Below, piece after piece: positions 57,485 to 64,000 of a stretch of DNA of 64,000 bases. Each line of letters opens with the position of its first letter. Position 1 is the stretch's first letter. The notes under the pieces were generated by a model. That model was given only the letters and a program-made list of their open reading frames with translations. It was not told the DNA's origin and made no database searches. The stretch is from a bacterium (GTDB lineage Bacteria > Patescibacteriota > CPR2 > UBA1875 > JAJYID01): contig JAJYID010000001.1 of NCBI GenBank assembly GCA_021790235.1, forward strand, positions 43,131 through 107,130. The letters are read 5' to 3'. A program made the position numbers and the translations under genes.

Positions 57485-58093
57485 TTAAAGGAATTTTTCT
57501 AGGATTATTTTTTTATAGGTATCATAAGAGAAGCCTTTTCGGATTAAAGCTTCATAAAGTTTTTTCTTTTGAATGATCTTCTCACTTTTCTCGTATTTTT
57601 TTAAAACTCGATCTGCAATTTTGCTTGCATTTTTCAGTTCTAACTCTTCATCCTTATTCTCAAGGTGTTTTTCTATCAAATCTTTATCTACTCCCTTTTT
57701 TAAAAGTTCCAGCTTAATCAGTTTTTTTCCTTTTTTGCTTTGTTCAACATACCTTTCGGTAAAATTTTTATCATTTATGAGATTGATTGTTTTAAGCTTT
57801 TGTATGACTTTATTAACAATCTGCAAATCAAATTTTTTGGAGAGTTTGGCGGAAATTTCTTTTTGAGTGTGGCTGCGATAAGATAATATATTTAAAGCAT
57901 TATCAAAAGCTTTACTAAAAATGTCAGCTTGTTTGGCTTTCTCGATATCACGGCTCGTCAGTTTATCTCCTTTCTTAATAAAGGTATCGTTTAAAACTTT
58001 GGCAGCTAAAGAAAGGCTGTAAAAACCATCGAGATAGATATTGTATCTATCTCTTTTGGTTTGTTTTTCTATTTTTGTGACTTGGCACATCAT
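57485..58093 (-). CDS. recX: regulatory protein RecX
   Basis: ALNILSYRSHTQKEI, LINDKNF, ELLKKGV, LIRKGFSY; directly after recA. Confidence 0.92.
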   Translation of the reverse strand: MMCQVTKIEKQTKRDRYNIYLDGFYSLSLAAKVLNDTFIKKGDKLTSRDIEKAKQADIFSKAFDNALNILSYRSHTQKEISAKLSKKFDLQIVNKVIQKLKTINLINDKNFTERYVEQSKKGKKLIKLELLKKGVDKDLIEKHLENKDEELELKNASKIADRVLKKYEKSEKIIQKKKLYEALIRKGFSYDTYKKIILEKFL

Positions 58094-59094
58094 TATTTTT
58101 TGAAGTATTTATTGCGGATAGTTTTTTCTAATTCTTCAGAGATTTTTGGATTATCCTTCAAAAACTGTTTTGCCGCTTCTCTGCCTTGACCGATTTTCTT
58201 TTCCTTATATTCATACCATGCTCCGCTTTTTTTAGCTAAATCTTCTTTTACTGCCAGATCAAGAATATCACCGTATTTTGAAATACCTTCATTATACATA
58301 ATGTCAAACTCGGCTGACCGAAAAGGCGGTGCAACTTTGTTTTTAACAACTTTGATAGCTACATGATTGCCAATAACATTGTCTCCATCCTTAATCTGTT
58401 CTTTTCTGCGGATATCCATTCTAACTGAAGAATAAAACTTAAGAGCATTCCCGCCAGTAGTTACTTCAGGATTCCCAAACATAACACCAATTTTCATTCT
58501 TAACTGATTAATAAAAATAAGGGTTGTATTAGATTTTGCGATTGCGCCTGTTAGTTTCCTGAGTGCCTGCGACATTAATCTGGCCTGCAGACCAAGATGT
58601 GAATCTCCCATATCTCCTTCTATTTCAGAGCGAGGCACAAGTGCGGCGACAGAGTCGACTACAATAATATCTACAGCATTAGATCGTATAAGAGTCTCGG
58701 TAATTTCCAGAGCTTGTTCACCTGTATCCGGCTGAGAAATTAAAAGTTTATCAATATCTACACCAATATTTTTAGCGTATTCCGTATCCAAGGCATGTTC
58801 AGCATCTATAAATGCAGCAGTGCCTCCATTTTTCTGAGATTCTGTGATGATGTGATAGGCTAAAGTAGTCTTTCCACTGGACTCAGGACCGTAAACTTCT
58901 ATAATTCTTCCTTTTGGCACACCACCGACACCTAAAGCTATGTCCAGTGAGAGTGATCCGGTTGGTATTACCTGGACATCCAAGGCTTTTTTGTCTCCTA
59001 GTTTCATGATCGATCCTTTGCCGAATTGCTTTTCAATCTGATCTACCGCCATCTGGATAGCTTGTACTTTTCCTGATTTTTCGTCTGTCATCAT
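58093..59094 (-). CDS. recA: recombinase RecA
   Basis: [44 protein letters not shown]. Confidence 0.98.
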   Translation of the reverse strand: MMTDEKSGKVQAIQMAVDQIEKQFGKGSIMKLGDKKALDVQVIPTGSLSLDIALGVGGVPKGRIIEVYGPESSGKTTLAYHIITESQKNGGTAAFIDAEHALDTEYAKNIGVDIDKLLISQPDTGEQALEITETLIRSNAVDIIVVDSVAALVPRSEIEGDMGDSHLGLQARLMSQALRKLTGAIAKSNTTLIFINQLRMKIGVMFGNPEVTTGGNALKFYSSVRMDIRRKEQIKDGDNVIGNHVAIKVVKNKVAPPFRSAEFDIMYNEGISKYGDILDLAVKEDLAKKSGAWYEYKEKKIGQGREAAKQFLKDNPKISEELEKTIRNKYFKK

Positions 59095-59140
59095 TTCCTC
59101 CTAATTCTTGTCTTAGAGAATCTAACGTTTAAATTAATTA

Positions 59141-59533
59141 TTATTTTGCGAATTTTAAGTTAAATAAATATTGCCCTTTAACTTTGCTTCTTTTTTCAAC
59201 CTTAATCAATCCTTCAAGTAATCTGATTAAAAGTTCGCCTTGAGCTTTTATCATCTTATAACTAGCTAAAGTTATTCGGTTATACTCTTTAAATAGTCTT
59301 GCATAAAAGAGAACATTTTCACAAAGTTTAATCGCTTTTCTGTAGCAATCTATTCTTTCTTTTTCGTTATAGCATTCATAGCTCACTGATACCAGTGTCA
59401 AGATCTCAGCCGTGTCTTCTCTCATAGCATCCAGAAAATTGCTGTATTTTTTTATTTTTCCAGTTTTTGCTTCTACCAGAGAAAAAAACTCATTTGCTTT
59501 TTTTATGATTTGTACTTCGATATACTCTCTCAT
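59141..59533 (-). CDS. four-helix-bundle protein (23S rRNA-IVP/Avd-like), divergent
   Basis: 130 aa all-helical pattern, ...KERIDCYRKAIKLCE...LIRLLEGLIK. Confidence 0.55.
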   Translation of the reverse strand: MREYIEVQIIKKANEFFSLVEAKTGKIKKYSNFLDAMREDTAEILTLVSVSYECYNEKERIDCYRKAIKLCENVLFYARLFKEYNRITLASYKMIKAQGELLIRLLEGLIKVEKRSKVKGQYLFNLKFAK

Positions 59534-59549
59534 AGCTTATCTCTTCGCT

Positions 59550-60185
59550 TTACTCTTTAAAATTTTTAATTACCCCAATTACTTTTCCCTGGATCATAAA
59601 GGTGCCTTCTTCCGGAACAAGAGTTTGATGTGTCTTGTTGGTACTCATTGGTTCAAACATGGCTCGCCCTTTGTCAGTTCTCAGCCGTTTAACAGTTGCT
59701 TCTGTTCCGATGAGAACTACTACTTTATCGCCATGCTCGGCATGATTTATCTTTCGAAAGACTATATAATCACCATCATCGATTCCAGATAAGTTCATAG
59801 AATCTCCCTTGGCCGTCAACATGAAAACATCTTGGCTTCTTTTAATAAGTTTGGTTGATAGCGGGATCCAGTCTTCAATCAGCTCTTCTGCGTAAATTGG
59901 CATACCGCAAGCAACATTGCCGACCAGCGGTACATTTACCACATCTTCATTTTCAGCTACTTGTCTTTGGCCATCCAGAAGAACAATCCCCCTAGCTTGG
60001 TTGCCAAGGCGTTTGATCTGCCCTTTTGACTCCAGAGCGCGAAGATGTGAAACGACTCCCATTGGTGATGAACATCCGATTTTTTCCTGAAGTTCGCGGA
60101 CAGTCGGGGCATCGCCGGTTTTTTCAACTGATTCTTTAATCCAGGTTAAGACTTTCTTTTGTCTGTCGGTTAATTCTTTTGCCAT
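59550..60185 (-). CDS. lexA: SOS repressor LexA
   Basis: LTDRQKKVL, PTVREL, VPLVGNVACG (cleavage site), GDSM (Ser), ATVKR (Lys). Confidence 0.95.
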   Translation of the reverse strand: MAKELTDRQKKVLTWIKESVEKTGDAPTVRELQEKIGCSSPMGVVSHLRALESKGQIKRLGNQARGIVLLDGQRQVAENEDVVNVPLVGNVACGMPIYAEELIEDWIPLSTKLIKRSQDVFMLTAKGDSMNLSGIDDGDYIVFRKINHAEHGDKVVVLIGTEATVKRLRTDKGRAMFEPMSTNKTHQTLVPEEGTFMIQGKVIGVIKNFKE

Positions 60186-60229
60186 TTTTTTCTCTCCTGT
60201 TACTTAATTTAACAGACATCTTAATATTC

Positions 60230-60300
60230 TGTATAGTGTAAGTGTATACTATAAGTTATCCACAGGTCAAGAGTTTTGTATAGTATAAATAAGTATACAA
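60230..60300. promoter_or_regulatory. lexA promoter region with a perfect DnaA box and two palindromic operator candidates
   Basis: TTATCCACA at 60256-60264; TATAGTGTA-N4-TATACTATA at 60232-60253; TTGTATAGT-N7-AGTATACAA at 60276-60300. Confidence 0.6.
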
Positions 60301-60486
60301 GGGAAATTTTTAATTTATAATTAGCATTAAAAATTAAGAGATTTCTAAACGCAAAATTGCAAAATGTTCATTTTTGTGAGAAGATGCTTGTAATAAAGAG
60401 AAGTGAGGAGGGTGCCATAAGCTCTCCTTTTGTAGCTTGGAAATCTAAAAAATTTATGGGTATAGGATGAAAGGTGATGAGATCTG

Positions 60487-60648
60487 ATGAAAACTGAGGC
60501 TGAAACTGAAAGAAAGTGCAAAACCTGCGGAAGCCACGGCGAAAAAAGTGGTGAGTGCCATAACGGTCAGAGTAAATTTTTTCTGACTATAACCAATTCG
60601 GAAGGATCTTGCGAAGAATGGAATCCATGTAAAGGAGGCAATGAGTAA
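60487..60648 (+). CDS. tiny Cys-rich putative Zn-binding protein (53 aa)
   Basis: Manual translation: MKTEAETERKCKTCGSHGEKSGECHNGQSKFFLTITNSEGSCEEWNPCKGGNE*; AAGGTGA upstream. Confidence 0.6.
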   Translation: MKTEAETERKCKTCGSHGEKSGECHNGQSKFFLTITNSEGSCEEWNPCKGGNE

Positions 60649-60829
60649 AATGACCGAAACCGGAAAACCTGCTCTGCATTATTTTGTAGACTCAGTAACC
60701 GGAAGGGTTTACAAATTCAATCCCCCAATTGGCGGTATCAAGACTTTAAGCGGCAAACTAATTGAGGTACCAGATAAAGTCGGAACGGTAAAAATCGAGA
60801 ATCGGAATCATATCCTTGAAAGGTGGTGA
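60641..60829 (+). CDS. small hypothetical protein (62 aa)
   Basis: AAGGAGG RBS; overlaps the upstream ORF's stop. Confidence 0.6.
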   Translation: MSKMTETGKPALHYFVDSVTGRVYKFNPPIGGIKTLSGKLIEVPDKVGTVKIENRNHILERW

Positions 60830-61048
60830 GTGATGATGGCAGTGTCATGGGTTATGTTAGCCTATATGAGTCATGCTTGTATCCACATGCAGGGATACAG
60901 CACTAATGTGCACATGGTGAGATAAACTGCACTGACTACACGAAAAATAAGGGCTATTGTCCTGCGCGCTACAGGTACCACATAGAGGACTGATAAATGT
61001 CTCCTTTGTGGTAATGATAAGCATTATAACTATTTAGGGTGGTGAGAA

Positions 61049-61330
61049 ATGAAAGTTTTGGTATTCCAAGTCAGGAAGTTTCTAGTTTGCTCAGATGTTA
61101 GTGGTTGCAAGCAGTATCCCGATTGTCTTACTGAGAAGGGTCTTTGTGACTCGGCAAAGCACGTTAACAAAGTGCAGACCGAACCTTGGGTTGAGGGCTC
61201 TTATCTTAAGGATATTCCTGAAGAATGTTCTGTCTGTGGGTATCCTATCAATCTCAATAATTGGCGCAGTACTAGTGCTGAGTGGAACAGTGCAAATTGC
61301 GGTCGTTGTGGCAATAACTTATTTCAATAA
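61049..61330 (+). CDS. small Cys-rich Zn-finger-like protein (93 aa)
   Basis: 8 Cys including CSVCG and CGRCG; GGTGGTGA RBS. Confidence 0.65.
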   Translation: MKVLVFQVRKFLVCSDVSGCKQYPDCLTEKGLCDSAKHVNKVQTEPWVEGSYLKDIPEECSVCGYPINLNNWRSTSAEWNSANCGRCGNNLFQ

Positions 61331-61355
61331 AAGGTTGCTTCATAAACCACAATCG

Positions 61356-61410
61356 GGCGGGATGAGAAAAATCACAATTGATTTTGTGAGAGTTCTTGTT
61401 CCGCCTTTTT
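61356..61410 (+). terminator. long terminator hairpin closing the small-ORF cluster
   Basis: GGCGGGATGAGAA...TTCTTGTTCCGCC-TTTTT with an internal TCACAA/TTGTGA stem. Confidence 0.65.
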
Positions 61411-61575
61411 CTTTTGCTAAAATTAATACCTCAACCTTTATTATTACACAGTCTTGAGGCATTGCTACTGTACTAAACGGGTCTATTAAAGTAGATGATA
61501 TTTTTTCATAAGGAATTCCTCTTTTTCGGTCGGAATGACATGGTTTTGAAACTTCGCTTCTGCTAGAATAAAAGT

Positions 61576-64000
61576 ATGAAGAAGCAGAAATTTGTAGTTT
61601 TTGACGGTAATGCTATCGTCCATCGCGCCTATCATGCTATGCCGCCGATGACGACCAAGAAGGGTGAGCTAATAAATGCTGTTTATGGCTATTCCTCCAT
61701 GGTTTTAAAGGTCTTAGCCGAGTTAAAGCCCGACTTTGTGGCGGTGGCTTTTGATATGCAAGCTCCGACATTTCGCCACAAGGAATACAAGGAATACAAG
61801 GCGACCAGAGTCAAAGCCCCGGATGATTTGTATGAGCAGTTTGAGCGAGTCCGCGAGGTGACAGAGGCGCTCAATATTCCTATTTTTGAGAAAAAAGGTT
61901 TTGAGGCTGATGATGTCATCGGCACTTTGTCGTGCGAGGCACCGAAAGACATAGAAACTATCATTGTGACCGGCGACCTTGATGAGCTGCAACTTGTAAA
62001 CAAAAATACTAAAGTTTACACGATGAAGCGCGGTTTTACCGATACCGTTTTGTATGACGAAAAAGCGGTGGAGGAAAAGTATGGCTTTGGAGCGGATAAA
62101 TTTGTCGATTACAAAGCTCTCCTCGGCGATCCTTCAGACAACATCCCCGGGGTGGCCGGCATTGGTGATGTTTCTGCTAAGAAGCTGATTGCCGAGTATG
62201 GTTCAATCGAAAATATTTACAAAAACCTGGACGAAATCGGAGGTACATTGAAAACAAAGCTCGAGACAGGTAAAGACAACGCTATTTTGTCCAAGAAACT
62301 GTCAAAAATTGTTTGTGATGTGCCGATTCAGCTAAAACTGAAAGAGTGTTGCACCCATGACTTTGATCGCCAGAAAGTATTTGCCATTTTCCAAGAACTG
62401 GGGTTTAAGTCTCTCTTAAACAGATTGCCGAAAGAACAAGTTCAGCAGGGACTTTTTGCCGAGGCAGAAGAAAAGAGAGACAAGATTCACATTGAAAAAG
62501 CCGATTATAGAATTATCACTGACGAAAAAGACTTGGACAAACTGGTCAAAGATTTTGAAAAAGAGAAGTGTATTTCCGTGGACACCGAAACAACTTCTCA
62601 AATTGCCGTTGACGCGCATCTTGTCGGCATATCGCTTGCCAAAAAAGAAGGCGAGGCTTTCTACATTCCGATCGGTCATAGCAAAGTTAAAAGTTCAAAG
62701 TTAAAAGTTCAAGGTGAAGGAAGGGAATTTCTCGACTCGTCCTCTCAGGAAGTCGCTCGGAATGTCGGGAGTGAGTTAGGCTCGCGGCAGCTTGATAAGG
62801 AATTGGTGCTTGAGAAATTAAGGCCTATTTTGGAAAATCCAAAAATTCAAAAAGTTGGGCATAATTTGAAATATGATTACATTGTTTTTGCCGGTGCCGG
62901 CGTGAAACTGCAGGGATTTTTCTTTGACACAATGATTGTGGCTTACCTTTTAAATCAAAATCTGCGATCACCCAAGCTTGATGACGTGGCTTTTGCCGAA
63001 CTTGGTATTGAAATGATTCATATCCGGGAGGTGATCGGCAGCGGCAAAAACGAAATTAACTTTAGAGACGCAGAAATCCAAAATTCTTACAAATACGCCT
63101 GCGAAGATGCCGATGTGGCGCTCAGACTTTACTATCATTTGTGCCAAGAGCTGAGCGAGAAAAATCAAAAGGATTTGTATGAAAAAGTGGAAGCGCCCCT
63201 TATTCCGATTTTGGCCGAGATGGAAATGGCCGGTGTTTTGATCGACCCGAAAGTGATGGGGGAAAGCTCAAATAAACTGGCGACAAGGATTAACAAACTG
63301 GAACATGATATCCATAAACTCGGCGGAAGCAAATTTAACATTAACTCCCCTTCCCAGCTTCAAACGGTTCTCTTTGAAAAGTTAAAGTTGCAGGATAATA
63401 TCGAAGATATAAGGGAACTAAAGAAAATAAAAAGTGGAGGGTTCTCAACCGGAGCCGGGGAGCTGGAAAAGCTGGCCGGGACGCATCCTATTGTCGCCAA
63501 AATTGCTGAATACCGGGAGCTGACAAAGCTAAAGTCAACCTACCTTGATACTTTGCCCAAGCTGATTAATGCTCGTACCGGCCGAATCCACACCTCATTT
63601 AATCAGGCTATCACCGCTACCGGCCGGCTTTCATCGAGTGATCCCAATCTTCAAAACATCCCCATTCGCACATCAGAGGGCAAGGAAATTCGTCGGGCAT
63701 TTGTGTCTCCCAAAGGCAAAAAACTGCTTTGTGTTGACTATTCACAAATAGAGCTTCGTATCATTGCTCACATCTCAGGCGACAAGGTGATGACTGCAAT
63801 ATTCCGTAAGGCCGATCAAGACGTTCACACGGCGACGGCCGCCAAAGTTTACGGGGTTAAAGAAAGCGAAGTAACACCGAGCATGCGCCGGAATGCCAAG
63901 GCGGTCAACTTTGGCATTATCTACGGTGTTTCTCCGCACGGGCTCAAGCAGTCAACCGGTATGAGTCGCGAAGAGGCGCATGACTTCATAGAAAAATACT
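61576..64000 (+). CDS. polA: DNA polymerase I (3' end runs off the window)
   Basis: Absent from the ORF track. Manual translation: MKKQKFVVFDGNAIVHRAYHA..., GDPSDNIPGV, VDTET, TGRLSSSDPNLQNIP, DYSQIELR, AKAVNFGIIYG. Confidence 0.97.
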   Translation, partial: MKKQKFVVFDGNAIVHRAYHAMPPMTTKKGELINAVYGYSSMVLKVLAELKPDFVAVAFDMQAPTFRHKEYKEYKATRVKAPDDLYEQFERVREVTEALNIPIFEKKGFEADDVIGTLSCEAPKDIETIIVTGDLDELQLVNKNTKVYTMKRGFTDTVLYDEKAVEEKYGFGADKFVDYKALLGDPSDNIPGVAGIGDVSAKKLIAEYGSIENIYKNLDEIGGTLKTKLETGKDNAILSKKLSKIVCDVPIQLKLKECCTHDFDRQKVFAIFQELGFKSLLNRLPKEQVQQGLFAEAEEKRDKIHIEKADYRIITDEKDLDKLVKDFEKEKCISVDTETTSQIAVDAHLVGISLAKKEGEAFYIPIGHSKVKSSKLKVQGEGREFLDSSSQEVARNVGSELGSRQLDKELVLEKLRPILENPKIQKVGHNLKYDYIVFAGAGVKLQGFFFDTMIVAYLLNQNLRSPKLDDVAFAELGIEMIHIREVIGSGKNEINFRDAEIQNSYKYACEDADVALRLYYHLCQELSEKNQKDLYEKVEAPLIPILAEMEMAGVLIDPKVMGESSNKLATRINKLEHDIHKLGGSKFNINSPSQLQTVLFEKLKLQDNIEDIRELKKIKSGGFSTGAGELEKLAGTHPIVAKIAEYRELTKLKSTYLDTLPKLINARTGRIHTSFNQAITATGRLSSSDPNLQNIPIRTSEGKEIRRAFVSPKGKKLLCVDYSQIELRIIAHISGDKVMTAIFRKADQDVHTATAAKVYGVKESEVTPSMRRNAKAVNFGIIYGVSPHGLKQSTGMSREEAHDFIEKY

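Overview
This is the chromosomal replication-origin region of an AT-rich bacterium that uses the standard genetic code (TGA = stop). Gene content points to Patescibacteria/CPR, which is an inference. From left to right: (1) nucleotide-sugar/surface-glycan genes fused to the rpmH-rnpA-yidD-yidC-jag operon; (2) dnaA-oriC-dnaN-recF-DUF721; (3) in place of gyrBA, a ~15 kb minus-strand T4SS-like locus with three VirB2-like pilins, VirB6-like, PrgI, PrgI/TraC-like and VirB4 genes, ending in two tandem 'peptidoglycan hydrolase + membrane-anchored PEGA protein' modules; (4) comF and a PilB/GspE ATPase; (5) a cluster with all four tRNA-Ser isoacceptors plus tRNA-Arg(GCG), interleaved with a fourth pilin; (6) a CdaA-YbbR fusion and T-box-regulated valS; three parS sites lie inside coding sequence here (two in valS, one in the adjacent TPR gene); (7) a B12 radical SAM gene next to an IS30 scar, tsaD, femABX-murE-PMM, trpS, CIRCE-groESL, pgi and dnaG-rpoD; (8) lexA-four-helix-bundle-recA-recX, a divergent cluster of tiny Cys-rich ORFs, and polA (partial). 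The best candidate for an undescribed system is the repeated hydrolase/PEGA-partner cassette at the end of the relaxase-less T4SS. No CRISPR array, rRNA or intact mobile element was seen. All calls come from reading motifs by eye; no database search was run.
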